A stretch of 64,000 nt of DNA, taken from contig CBFIIW010000003.1 of the NCBI GenBank assembly GCA_965662775.1, forward strand, positions 16,491 through 80,490, read 5' to 3'. This document shows, piece by piece, positions 8,630-17,806 of the stretch. The number at the start of each line of letters is the position of its first letter. Position 1 is the stretch's first letter. The position numbers were made by a program, and so were the translations under genes. The notes under the pieces are model-generated. The model was not told the origin of the DNA. It did not search any database and saw nothing but the letters and a program-made list of their open reading frames with translations. This stretch comes from Alphaproteobacteria bacterium (GTDB lineage: Bacteria > Pseudomonadota > Alphaproteobacteria > UBA7985).

Positions 8630-9073
8630 TTGAGCGAAGCCCTTGTCGCGCCGACATTCATTGATACGAAAGTCAGTGTCACGAGTAAACGACAGTTGCT
8701 GCTGTCCCTCGCCCAGCGGGTTGCTGAACCCTATGGTGTGGAGGAGCGCGAGGTGCTGTCTGCCTTGCAGGAGCGAGAGCAGGAAGGATCAACGGGTGCC
8801 GGCGACGGTGTCGCCATTCCGCACGCCAAGTTGCCGGGATTAAATCGGACGGTGACTTACTTCGCCCGTCTGCAGGACCCCGTCGCTTACAATTCCCATG
8901 ACGATATCGACGTTGATCTGGTGTTTCTGATCCTGGCACCGGAAACCGCCAATGGCGATCATCTTAAGCTGTTGGCACGGGTTTCGCGGGCCTTTAAAGA
9001 CTCAACCTTTTGTGAGCGACTGCGCGGGGCGGAAGATATCGCTGCGCTTGATATTCTGCTCAACGAAGCTTGA
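8630..9073 (+). CDS. ptsN: PTS IIA-like nitrogen regulatory protein PtsN (EIIA-Ntr)
   Basis: PTS_EIIA_2 domain with the phosphorylatable His in GVAIPHAK. TTG start. Sits in the rpoN-hpf-ptsN synteny. Confidence 0.9.
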   Translation: MSEALVAPTFIDTKVSVTSKRQLLLSLAQRVAEPYGVEEREVLSALQEREQEGSTGAGDGVAIPHAKLPGLNRTVTYFARLQDPVAYNSHDDIDVDLVFLILAPETANGDHLKLLARVSRAFKDSTFCERLRGAEDIAALDILLNEA

Positions 9074-9117
9074 GCGCAGGTCAGTGGGACTATGGGCCAG
9101 AGGTCGGCGGGCCACTG

Positions 9118-9522
9118 TTACTGTGGCCGGAGCGGCAGATTTTCGAGCAGGACGTCAACTTCGCTTACCGTGAAGAACAGATACATGAGACCGGCGATGG
9201 TGAAGTAGGCTGACAGCGGCGCGAGCACCAGCAGTGCGCCACCCCAACGCCACCAGCGATCCCATCGCAAATTGTTCGAAATCTCAGTGAACAACGCGTA
9301 GCTGTAATAGAGGATTGCGCTCACGCCAGCGGGCAGAAGCCAGAAGGCAACCGGACGCTGGTCGATTAAGTTGATGGGGCCGAATACGGCACAGACCAAC
9401 CAGCAACCGATGCAGAAAATCAGCGCGATCAGATTCAACCGGAAAAGCACCATACCGCGAAACAAACGGCGACGTTCATCTTCGGTCAGAAGGGAACTCT
9501 GCTCGAAATAGCGCCGTGCCAT
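9118..9522 (-). CDS. hypothetical integral membrane protein (3-4 TM helices)
   Basis: Hydrophobic segments LIALIFCIGCWLVCAVF, WLLPAGVSAILYYSYALF and GGALLVLAPLSAYFTIAGLMYLFF. No family recognised. Confidence 0.5.
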   Translation of the reverse strand: MARRYFEQSSLLTEDERRRLFRGMVLFRLNLIALIFCIGCWLVCAVFGPINLIDQRPVAFWLLPAGVSAILYYSYALFTEISNNLRWDRWWRWGGALLVLAPLSAYFTIAGLMYLFFTVSEVDVLLENLPLRPQ

Positions 9523-9527
9523 GGCCG

Positions 9528-9953
9528 TTAAGCTCTGGATTCAATGCTAATTTCTTCTCCGAAGCTGTCGAGCGCTGGACGCTGCAGCGTGACTTCGAGA
9601 ATGCCGTCAGCCACGCTTGCGGAATCAACGCTGAGGCCAGGGCCGAGGGCGAAGCGGCGTTGGAATCCGCGGAAGGCAATACCACTGTGAAAGACATCCG
9701 TGGTATCGGCGTCAGCGTTGTTTTCAGCAGCGGTGCGCTTGCCAAGGATCAACATCTGGTGGGGCTGAGCAATCACGCGCAGATCGTCCTTGGTAAAACC
9801 CGCGACGGCGACCCGGATTACCAGCGTGTTCTCGCCGCGCAGCAGAACATCAAAGGGCGGGTAAGCATCGCTACCACGCTGCTTGGCCAGAAACTCTAGA
9901 TGGCTGAAGAGTGGTTCAAAGCCGAGGAGGGAGGGGTGTTCCAGCAAGTTCAA
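9528..9953 (-). CDS. Hsp20/alpha-crystallin family small heat-shock protein
   Basis: Alpha-crystallin domain pattern (ENTLVIRVAVAGFTKDDLRVIAQPHQMLILGKR ... GILEVTLQR). The TTG start overlaps the mntR stop. Confidence 0.8.
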   Translation of the reverse strand: MNLLEHPSLLGFEPLFSHLEFLAKQRGSDAYPPFDVLLRGENTLVIRVAVAGFTKDDLRVIAQPHQMLILGKRTAAENNADADTTDVFHSGIAFRGFQRRFALGPGLSVDSASVADGILEVTLQRPALDSFGEEISIESRA

Positions 9954-10414
9954 GATATGATCTTTCCGGTCCAGTCCTGAAAGGCTTGTATCGTTGCTTC
10001 GGAAACGTAGTGCTCGATCCCCTCTGCGTCGCGTTCGGCCGTGGCTTCATCGATACCCAATGCGGTCAGGAATCCAACCACAATTCGGTGCCGCTCACGC
10101 GATTGCTGTGCGAGATTGACACCTGCATCTGTAAGGAATATCGCTCGGTAAGGCTGGGTGTTGACCAGTCCTTCTTTACTCAATCGAGCCAGAATGCGGT
10201 TCACCGTAGCGTGGCTGACGCCCATGCGCGCGGCCACATCAACAACGCGCGCTTCCCCTGTGGCCTTTATCAAGTCGTCAATCAGCTCGACGTAGTCTTC
10301 GGCAGTTTCGCTGCGACGTGCTTCGCGAACGGCTTCGAACCCGGCTGCCTGTTGCTCGACGGGGGCAAGGTCCGGGTTGCTGTTTGGGCTGAAAGCGGTT
10401 TTGGGGTCGGACAA
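9950..10414 (-). CDS. mntR: manganese-dependent transcriptional regulator MntR (DtxR family)
   Basis: Strong similarity to B. subtilis MntR across the HTH and metal-binding regions (EDYVELIDDLI..., HATVNRILARL, ERDAEGIEHYVS). It is divergent from a Mn/Zn ABC transporter operon. Confidence 0.85.
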   Translation of the reverse strand: MSDPKTAFSPNSNPDLAPVEQQAAGFEAVREARRSETAEDYVELIDDLIKATGEARVVDVAARMGVSHATVNRILARLSKEGLVNTQPYRAIFLTDAGVNLAQQSRERHRIVVGFLTALGIDEATAERDAEGIEHYVSEATIQAFQDWTGKIIS

Positions 10415-10526
10415 TTACGCCGTACCTTTCACGTTTGTTTGTCTGTTGTTGATACAGCCCGGCCGAGGGATTTCAAGGATTTGGCACACAGGCTTGCGCA
10501 ACGCAAACGATGGCTATTGCACAATT

Positions 10527-10542
10527 TGTAGCCTGAGCTACA
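10527..10542. promoter_or_regulatory. candidate MntR operator: perfect inverted repeat TGTAGC-N4-GCTACA in the mntR/transporter divergent region
   Basis: A palindrome sits ~40 bp upstream of the substrate-binding protein start within the 168-bp divergent promoter region. Coordinates are approximate to within 2 bp. Confidence 0.4.
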
Positions 10543-10582
10543 TTGTAGATCCATAGCTTCATTCTGTGCAGGGCCTTAAATT

Positions 10583-11587
10583 TTGTTGCATCGCTTCGCC
10601 GCTTTCCTCTGTTTGCTGTTCGGCTTGGTCTCGCCAAATTCTGCGGCGACCGAAGGTTTTGTGCTGCGCGCAACCACGCAAATGCTCTCTCAGCCCCTCG
10701 CCTACATTTTTGATGGTCAGGCAAAGGTTGAAGCACTGCTTGGCCCTGGCGTCGACCCCCATACCTACCAGCCTACGCGCGCCGATGTTCGCAGCCTGAT
10801 CGAAGCTGATGCTGTCGTCTATCACGGCCTGCTTTTTGAGGCGCAGTTGATCGACCTGATGGGGCAGCTGTCACGGCGCATTCCGACGATCGCGACAGCT
10901 GCGTATCAGGCGGAAGCCGATTTACTCTTCGATAGCGGCTTGCCAGACCCCCATACTTGGCATGATCCGGTTCCTTGGATTGACGCGGTGATTAGCCTGT
11001 CACGCACGTTGGATGCAGAGACTGAATTGAGCCTGTCCGAAGACCGTATTCAAATTCTGCGCGAGGCTGCGCGGCGTACTGATGCCTGGATTGCAGCGGT
11101 TTACGCGGATATTGATCCGGCCCGTCGCATCGTTGTCAGCGCGCATGATGCCTTTCAGTACTATGGGGTCCGCTTTGGAATCCGGTTCGAACCGCTGCTA
11201 GGGTTGTCCACGGCCAGTGAAACGCGGCTTTCAAGGCTGAATGAATTGGTTGAACTGGTGGCGACCAGGGGTCTCAGCGCCGTGTTCAGCGAAACCACCG
11301 TCGAAGCTTCGGGAATTGCCGCGCTGAGAGAGGGTGCCGCCCGGCGTGGACTCAACTTGCGGGCGCTGCCGCCGCTATATTCCGATGCACTGGCGCCGGC
11401 AGGGAAGGCGGGTGCAACCTACTTCGGCATGCTCATTGAAAACACCCGCAACATTGCCGATGCCATGAGTGGCACGCGGCCAGTACCACCCACTGAATTG
11501 ACCAACTTTTTGGTGCAAAACCGCCTGCTGGATGTGACACCAAACACGGAACTGGCGATGGCAGATTATGCGGGGACACCTGAATGA
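10583..11587 (+). CDS. metal (Mn/Zn) ABC transporter substrate-binding protein, TroA/ZnuA/MntC family
   Basis: A signal peptide and metal-coordinating His motifs (DPHTYQPT, DPHTWHDP) characteristic of cluster A-I SBPs. Confidence 0.85.
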   Translation: MLHRFAAFLCLLFGLVSPNSAATEGFVLRATTQMLSQPLAYIFDGQAKVEALLGPGVDPHTYQPTRADVRSLIEADAVVYHGLLFEAQLIDLMGQLSRRIPTIATAAYQAEADLLFDSGLPDPHTWHDPVPWIDAVISLSRTLDAETELSLSEDRIQILREAARRTDAWIAAVYADIDPARRIVVSAHDAFQYYGVRFGIRFEPLLGLSTASETRLSRLNELVELVATRGLSAVFSETTVEASGIAALREGAARRGLNLRALPPLYSDALAPAGKAGATYFGMLIENTRNIADAMSGTRPVPPTELTNFLVQNRLLDVTPNTELAMADYAGTPE

Positions 11588-12354
11588 ACGCGTTGAGCAA
11601 TCTGTTCATGATCACCGACCGCAATGTCAGCTTGAGCCTGGATGACGCTATCCGGGTTTCGGACCTGAGTTTGGGGTATGGCGGCCCGGCCGTGATCTCA
11701 GGTGTCAGCTTTTCTGTCCATCGGGGTGAGCGATTGGCGATTATCGGTGCCAATGGGGCTGGCAAGTCCACCTTGCTCAAGGGGATGTTAGGCCTGCTCC
11801 GCCCGGACGCGGGACAAGCAAGCTTTTTGGGTCGGCCATTTTGGGCAGTCCGCCCGCACGTGGCCTTCGTCGCACAGGCGGATGAGACTGATTGGGACTT
11901 TCCCAGCCGAGTCCGCGATCTGGTTGCCATGGGGCGCGGGGTCCACCTTGGCCTGACCGGGCGGCTGGGTGTTACCGACTGGCGCGCGGTCGATGCAGCG
12001 ATGGAACGGCTGAACATTACTGAGCTTGCGACCCGCCCGTTGGCTGAACTGTCCGGCGGTCAGCGCCGGCGCGTGCTGCTGGCACGGGCACTGGCACAGG
12101 ATCCCCAGATCATGCTCCTCGATGAACCATTTCAGGCCATCGACGCGTCTACGCGCGAGGCCCTGATTGCTGCACTGGATGACTTCCGCGAGGAAGGCAA
12201 GACCGCCCTCGTCGTGCATCACAATCTTGGTGAGATGCGCAGCCTGTTCGATCGTGTGGCACTGCTGGATCACAGCATTACAGCGATTGACCGACCGGAA
12301 GCGGTGCTTGCGTCGGCGGCCTTCGAGCGCGCCTTCGGCATCTCTGCCCGCTAA
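11584..12354 (+). CDS. metal ABC transporter ATP-binding protein
   Basis: Walker A GANGAGKST, signature LSGGQRRRVLLAR, Walker B IMLLDEPFQAID. Confidence 0.9.
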   Translation: MNALSNLFMITDRNVSLSLDDAIRVSDLSLGYGGPAVISGVSFSVHRGERLAIIGANGAGKSTLLKGMLGLLRPDAGQASFLGRPFWAVRPHVAFVAQADETDWDFPSRVRDLVAMGRGVHLGLTGRLGVTDWRAVDAAMERLNITELATRPLAELSGGQRRRVLLARALAQDPQIMLLDEPFQAIDASTREALIAALDDFREEGKTALVVHHNLGEMRSLFDRVALLDHSITAIDRPEAVLASAAFERAFGISAR

Positions 12355-12376
12355 GCGCTCACCGCGGGTCGGGCGC

Positions 12377-13306
12377 ATGGATTACAACACCCTGATTGTT
12401 CTTCTTGGACTTGGAGCTAACGGTCTGCTGCTTGGCAGTTTTGGTGCTCTGGTCAGCCTGCGCGGAGAGAACCTAACGGCAGACGTCGCTGGACATGGCG
12501 TAATTTCGGGCGTGGTCCTGTCACAGGGGGTGGTCGTTTGGCTCGGACTTGCGGGATGGTTTGCCGTACCCGCGCTTTGGGTCTTGGGTTTTTCCAGTGC
12601 TGCGCTCATCCTCGGTTTTATCTTCTTTCTGCGCGGAAGAGGCTATTCTGTTGGTGCCAGCCAGGCGCTGGCCATCGCACTCGCCTATGGCACTGGGCTT
12701 GTGCTGCTCAGCCTCGTTCAAGCAACAGGCGCATTTTCCACCAAGGGATTGACCCGGCTTCTGCTAGGAGACGCCGCAACCCTGACGATGGGTAAGGTTG
12801 CACCGTCGGTGGCCCTGCTGTTGGTGTGGGGATGGGTCTTTATTGTTCTGCGCCGGGCGCTGCACGATTGGGTGCTGGACAGGCGCGCCAGCGGGCTCGC
12901 TGGGATGCAGTCTCGGCTTGATCTGCTCTGGGTGGTGGCGACGGTGGCGCTGGTGCTCAGTGCGCTGCCTGCGCTGGGGCTCACCCTGCTTGTCGGGATG
13001 CTGACCCTGCCGGCGCTGATTGTTCGGCCGTGGGTCAGATCATTTTCGTCTTTGGTTCTGGGATCAGCCCTTGTTGGTGGTGTGGTGGCGGCCACGGCTG
13101 GCTGGCTGAGCGCTGGGTTACTGCCCCTGCCGACTGGCGCCCTGGTGGTGGTCGGGCTCGCTCTGGTCTGGGTGGGCAGTAGCTTTGCCGCCCGCTTGCG
13201 GTCGTCAACATCAACTCACAACAGCGCAACACCCGCCGCACCACTCAGCAAATCTCGCCGAGCATCATCTCGTGTGGACCGCCCCGTGGGATCCCCTCAC
13301 CCGTGA
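12377..13306 (+). CDS. metal ABC transporter permease (ABC-3 family)
   Basis: ATG at 12377 starts a polytopic hydrophobic protein. The longer ORF-track start at 12167 would overlap the ATPase gene and is rejected. Confidence 0.8.
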   Translation: MDYNTLIVLLGLGANGLLLGSFGALVSLRGENLTADVAGHGVISGVVLSQGVVVWLGLAGWFAVPALWVLGFSSAALILGFIFFLRGRGYSVGASQALAIALAYGTGLVLLSLVQATGAFSTKGLTRLLLGDAATLTMGKVAPSVALLLVWGWVFIVLRRALHDWVLDRRASGLAGMQSRLDLLWVVATVALVLSALPALGLTLLVGMLTLPALIVRPWVRSFSSLVLGSALVGGVVAATAGWLSAGLLPLPTGALVVVGLALVWVGSSFAARLRSSTSTHNSATPAAPLSKSRRASSRVDRPVGSPHP

Positions 13307-14214
13307 TGCTACTCAGCCATGACCTGCCCATTGTACTGACACTGTTAGGTGCCGGCATTACAGCCATCTTGGCCGGCAGTCTTCTGCTTCCGCGCGGGCA
13401 AATCATGATCTCAGAGGCGGCCAGTCATGCCGTGCTTCCCGGTATGGTTCTGGGCTTTGCGCTCTCCGGGCAGCATGGCGGAGTGATGATCGCAGGCTCG
13501 GTCTTTGCCATCGGCCTGTTTATGATCCTCGCCGGGTGGCTGCGGGGGCGGCATCGTCTGGGAAGCAGCGTCGAAGTTGCAGCATTATTCCCGATCTTTT
13601 TTTCCCTCGGGGTCATTGCGCTGTCGCTCACCGGTTTGGAAGATACGGCCGCAATCGATCTCGATCACGTTCTGTTCGGCTCGCTTGAATTGATCCTGTG
13701 GCTGGATGTCTTTGGGCCGGCTGACCTGCTCCGGCCTGCGGCATGGCGTACTGCGCCAGAGCCAATGCTGCAGGCGCTGGGCGGCGCTGCGTTGGCGCTA
13801 ATGTTGGTGCTGGCATCCTATCCGCTGATCAACCGCTCCCTGATGGATGGTTCGTCGTCAGCGCTGATGACACCCATCCGTCATTGGTTTGTGCGTGGGC
13901 TGGAGATCATTGTGATCGCAACAGCCAGCGCAGTATGCCTGCGAACGGCCGGTGTGGTTGTCGCGATCGCTTTGTTCGGCGCGCCGGTAATCGGAGGATG
14001 GTGTCTCGCTCGCAATCTCTGGCAGGTCTGGCTGGCAGCGCTGGGCATCATCATTCTAGCACTGGGGCTCAGCTACAGCGCCAACACCGTCCTGCTCGAA
14101 GTCTTTGGTATCGAAGCCCGACTGTCAGGAGTGCTGGCGTTGTGTCTCGTGATAGTAGCAACTCTGCTACCAATCACGGTCCGCCGGGACAGATCCCGGC
14201 GCCCTTTGCCTTGA
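13303..14214 (+). CDS. metal ABC transporter permease (ABC-3 family, second subunit)
   Basis: Polytopic membrane protein overlapping the previous permease stop. This two-permease arrangement is typical of mntCD/sitCD. Confidence 0.8.
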   Translation: MMLLSHDLPIVLTLLGAGITAILAGSLLLPRGQIMISEAASHAVLPGMVLGFALSGQHGGVMIAGSVFAIGLFMILAGWLRGRHRLGSSVEVAALFPIFFSLGVIALSLTGLEDTAAIDLDHVLFGSLELILWLDVFGPADLLRPAAWRTAPEPMLQALGGAALALMLVLASYPLINRSLMDGSSSALMTPIRHWFVRGLEIIVIATASAVCLRTAGVVVAIALFGAPVIGGWCLARNLWQVWLAALGIIILALGLSYSANTVLLEVFGIEARLSGVLALCLVIVATLLPITVRRDRSRRPLP

Positions 14215-14282
14215 TGACCCGAGTGCCAATCAATGGAAAATTATGGCACGGAATGACGTTTTTCTGTCTTAGATAGATAAAA

Positions 14283-14513
14283 CTAAGATTTTTTCAACAC
14301 TTGAGCCTGACTGATCCATTGATTTCGATGGGCATGTGCAATTCGAGTGGCAAGGTCGTTCAGTCGCTCACTTTGATCTTCTAGGAATTCTCCATCATCG
14401 ACAGTGCACCGATCGGTGCGCCAGGGGGCGTCCAGGTGATGAACGAGTGCATCGACAGATTGGATGAGGTTGGTCTTGAGACCTTCAAAGATGTGATCGT
14501 TAGTGGTGTTCAT
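14283..14513 (-). CDS. orphan hypothetical protein (76 aa) in an AT-rich islet next to tRNA-Ala
   Basis: It is the only ORF in a ~570-bp, ~42% GC stretch. No recognisable family, so its coding status is uncertain. Confidence 0.3.
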   Translation of the reverse strand: MNTTNDHIFEGLKTNLIQSVDALVHHLDAPWRTDRCTVDDGEFLEDQSERLNDLATRIAHAHRNQWISQAQVLKKS

Positions 14514-14795
14514 TATTCGGCAACCAATTTGCTGGGATTTTAAGTTCTGAATTTAGTTGCACATGGTTATTTTTAAGCGAAAACAACCAAGCGCATACGC
14601 GTGCTAGTGAAAACTCAAGAAACGGTCAAAGAAAAATATAGCCATCGAAAAAATCAAATTTGAGCACGAGGACAGGAAAATTCGAGGATCAAGGCCGATA
14701 CATTTCAAAAACAACAATCGTGTGCATATTAATCCACAAACCGACGGAAATTCGGTGCAAATAAATCAACGATGTCTGAGGCATAGGGGTAAAAA

Positions 14796-14871
<76 letters not shown>

Positions 14872-14987
14872 ACGCTGCTGGAAACCGGGCTCTGCATACT
14901 CAACCTGACTGGCTTTGTCGAAGCCTTTTTCAGTGCAGTCCGGGAATGCTTGGCAGCAGCACGATTAAAGTGCCGCTGCCGTTTGGT

Positions 14988-15491
14988 TTAGATGGTGTCA
15001 TCCGCTTCGGACTTAAATCCATCGACTGGAAGACCCGTGTCGTCCAACTCGTCGTCGTCGTCGAGTAGCGAGTCGTCCTCAATTTTGTTATCGTTTTCGT
15101 CATCTTCGAAATCGTCTTCGAGGGAGACTTCACCATCGTCATCGACCACCAGATCGGTTTCACCGTCTTCAAGTGTTTCGGCATCGACCTCGTCGAGGGC
15201 CACCGCCTTGACGGTATCCTCCTCGTCTTCGTCTTCCTCCTCGGCGACATCGCCAGCCTTGGGTGATTCGTTTTCTGCATCCGCAAGCTCAGGAGCCGGT
15301 GCGGCTTCTTCCTTAGCGGTTGCAACAGCGGCGGCGGCGACACGACCGCGGCGGGAGCGCATGACTGCTTCCGGATCGTATTCGGTGCCGCAAGACGGGC
15401 AGACAGCGGGATCCTTGTTCAGATCATAGTATCGCGCGCCACAACTCTGGCAGATGCGCTTGATACCGTATTCTTCTTCCAATTCAGGCAT
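14988..15491 (-). CDS. FYDLN_acid zinc-ribbon protein (TIGR02300 family)
   Basis: CxxC...CxxC zinc ribbon with the family-defining YYDLN motif (ICQSCGARYYDLNKDPAVCPSCG), then a long Asp/Glu-rich tail. The start is taken at MPELEEEY (15491), preceded by a GAGG. Confidence 0.75.
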   Translation of the reverse strand: MPELEEEYGIKRICQSCGARYYDLNKDPAVCPSCGTEYDPEAVMRSRRGRVAAAAVATAKEEAAPAPELADAENESPKAGDVAEEEDEDEEDTVKAVALDEVDAETLEDGETDLVVDDDGEVSLEDDFEDDENDNKIEDDSLLDDDDELDDTGLPVDGFKSEADDTI

Positions 15492-15667
15492 GAATGCCGA
15501 CCTCGACAGTTTCGCGTTCGTAAGCCACTGCAAGCACCATAGGCAGGGGCGGGTGTCAATGCTGCCTTAGACCTCTTGCTATGCGGTAGACAGGTCGGAG
15601 CTGTGCTTTTCGCCTTTGTCGATGGCTATGCTAAGTCGAAAGCAATCCTGAAACAGCGAGATTCAGC

Positions 15668-16996
15668 ATGTCCAATCTGCCCCAAGAACCCGCCGCAAGC
15701 CGAACCGCCAATGGATTGAAAGGCGAGGTCAGCGTCCCGGGTGATAAGTCCATGTCGCACCGCTCACTCATGCTGGGGACTCTAGCGGTGGGGGAGACGC
15801 CAATCCGTGGCCTGCTGACCGGTGAAGATGTGATGGCGACAGCGGAAGCCATGCGTCGGCTTGGCGCAGTGATCGAGCGCGATGGCGATGATTTTCAGGT
15901 CTCAGGTGTCGGAGTGGGGGGCCTGCGTGAACCAATGCTACCGTTGGACATGGGGAATTCAGGCACGTCGACCCGGTTGATCCTCGGTCTGCTGGCGACC
16001 CATGATCTGACAGCAGTGGTTTTTGGGGATGCTTCGCTGAACAAGCGCCCTATGGCGCGGGTGACTGATCCCCTGAGCCAGTTTGGCGCCCGTTTCATGG
16101 CGCGCTCGGGCGGACGCTTGCCACTGGCTGTGCAGGGAACGGCCGATGCTGTGCCTGTGCGCTACGTATCCCCGGTTGCCTCGGCACAGGTGAAATCGGC
16201 GGTGCTGCTTGCTGGTTTAAATGCCCCAGGGGAAACGACGCTGGTTGAAACCACGCCCACCCGTGACCACACCGAACGCATGTTGCTTGGCTTTGGTGCC
16301 ATTGTGAACAGCGAAGCCACCGATGACGGCCTCGCCATCACGCTTGTTGGGCAGCCTGAACTGCGTGGCACGCCGGTCATGGTCCCGGGCGACCCAAGTT
16401 CAGCTGCTTTCCTCGCTGTCGCAGGTACGATCGTCCCAGGCTCGGCGCTAACCATCGCTAACGTAATGCAGAATGACCACCGCACTGGCCTGTTCCAGTC
16501 ATTGCGCGATATGGGCGCTGATCTGGCGTTGCTTAACTCGCGCAAGGTCGCAGGCGAGACCGTGGCTGATGTTCGTGTGGCGTCGTCCTCGCTCAAGGGC
16601 TGCCTGATCCCGGCAGACCGCGCGCCTTCACAAATCGACGAGTATCCTATCTTGTCGGTTGCAGCTGCGGTGGCCAGTGGAACAACGCGGATGGAGGGTT
16701 TGGAGGAGCTGCGGGTCAAAGAATCGGATCGCCTCGCTGGCATCATCGACATGCTCAGCGCGGCGGGTGTGGTTACACGCTCGGGCGAAGACTGGCTGGA
16801 GATCGAGGGACTCGGCGGTCCCGTGCCTGGTGGCGGACTTGTGGAAACCCAGCTCGACCACCGCCGCGCCATGTCGACACTGATTCTTGGCATGGTCTCG
16901 GAACAAGGGATGCGGGTCGATGATCGGAACTGCATTCTCACGTCTTTCCCGACCTTCGTTAGCCTATTTAACCAGCTGGGCGCCGATATCGCATGA
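15668..16996 (+). CDS. aroA: 3-phosphoshikimate 1-carboxyvinyltransferase (EPSP synthase)
   Basis: Full-length EPSPS with characteristic motifs (LPGDKSMSHR, NSGTSTRL, RVKESDRL). Confidence 0.95.
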   Translation: MSNLPQEPAASRTANGLKGEVSVPGDKSMSHRSLMLGTLAVGETPIRGLLTGEDVMATAEAMRRLGAVIERDGDDFQVSGVGVGGLREPMLPLDMGNSGTSTRLILGLLATHDLTAVVFGDASLNKRPMARVTDPLSQFGARFMARSGGRLPLAVQGTADAVPVRYVSPVASAQVKSAVLLAGLNAPGETTLVETTPTRDHTERMLLGFGAIVNSEATDDGLAITLVGQPELRGTPVMVPGDPSSAAFLAVAGTIVPGSALTIANVMQNDHRTGLFQSLRDMGADLALLNSRKVAGETVADVRVASSSLKGCLIPADRAPSQIDEYPILSVAAAVASGTTRMEGLEELRVKESDRLAGIIDMLSAAGVVTRSGEDWLEIEGLGGPVPGGGLVETQLDHRRAMSTLILGMVSEQGMRVDDRNCILTSFPTFVSLFNQLGADIA

Positions 16997-17631
16997 TTAT
17001 TGCAATCGACGGACCGGCAGCGGCAGGGAAGGGCACGTTGGCCCGAAGGGTCGCAGCGCACCTCGATTTTGCTTATTTGGATAGCGGCCTGCTTTACCGC
17101 GCCGTGGCGGCGCTTGCACTGGATCTAGCGATGTCTTTGGACGACAGCGACGGCCTCGCCAAGCTCGCGGGGGACCTCGCGCCGCAGGAGCTGGAGCGCT
17201 CCGATCTTCGGGTGCCGACGGTCAGCGAAGCAGCCTCGCGCATCGCCGCGCTTCCGGCTGTGCGACTGGCGCTGGTGGATTTTCAGCGGCGTTTTGCCGA
17301 CTCGCCCCCCGGTGGCAAAGCCGGTTCGGTTCTCGACGGTCGCGACATAGGCACGGTTATCTGTCCTTATGCGACCTGCAAGCTTTACATTACGGCTACC
17401 CGCGAGGTCAGGGCCAAACGGCGGTGGTTGGAGTTGCGGGAACGAGACCCTAGCGCTATATACGACCGCGTTTTCAACGACTTGGTTATTCGGGACCAAC
17501 GGGATGAGACCCGCAAGGACGCACCCCTGAAGCCCGCTGCCGACGCGGTGATCATTGATACCTCTGACCTGACGACCGACGTGGTCTTCAAGCAGGCTCT
17601 AGAGATCATCGAAGCGGCACGGCCTGGTTGA
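16993..17631 (+). CDS. cmk: cytidylate kinase
   Basis: P-loop IIAIDGPAAAGKGT. The aroA-cmk-rpsA synteny supports the call. Confidence 0.9.
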   Translation: MIIAIDGPAAAGKGTLARRVAAHLDFAYLDSGLLYRAVAALALDLAMSLDDSDGLAKLAGDLAPQELERSDLRVPTVSEAASRIAALPAVRLALVDFQRRFADSPPGGKAGSVLDGRDIGTVICPYATCKLYITATREVRAKRRWLELRERDPSAIYDRVFNDLVIRDQRDETRKDAPLKPAADAVIIDTSDLTTDVVFKQALEIIEAARPG

Positions 17632-17806
17632 CGAAAACATCACGATCAAGGGGGAGGAGAGCTCGGCGACGACGGCGCGATGCAGCTAGGTCCGGCGATA
17701 CGCTCCTTCCACAGCATTCTTTAACCCAAACCCCTGGGCGCGTCGATCTGGCGTCGTTCAGTGTCCGGCCCTCGGGCGGGACGTCATCAACAGGAAAACC
17801 AACATA

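Noticed and set aside
12167-12376. N-terminal extension of the ABC permease ORF overlapping the ATPase gene
   Set aside because: The extension overlaps the 3' end of the ATP-binding protein gene in another frame. The ATG at 12377 directly begins the hydrophobic permease, so it is the chosen start.
16162-17061. 299-aa antisense ORF within aroA/cmk
   Set aside because: It overlaps two conserved genes on the opposite strand and its low-complexity Ser/Arg/Pro-rich translation is typical of antisense high-GC frames.
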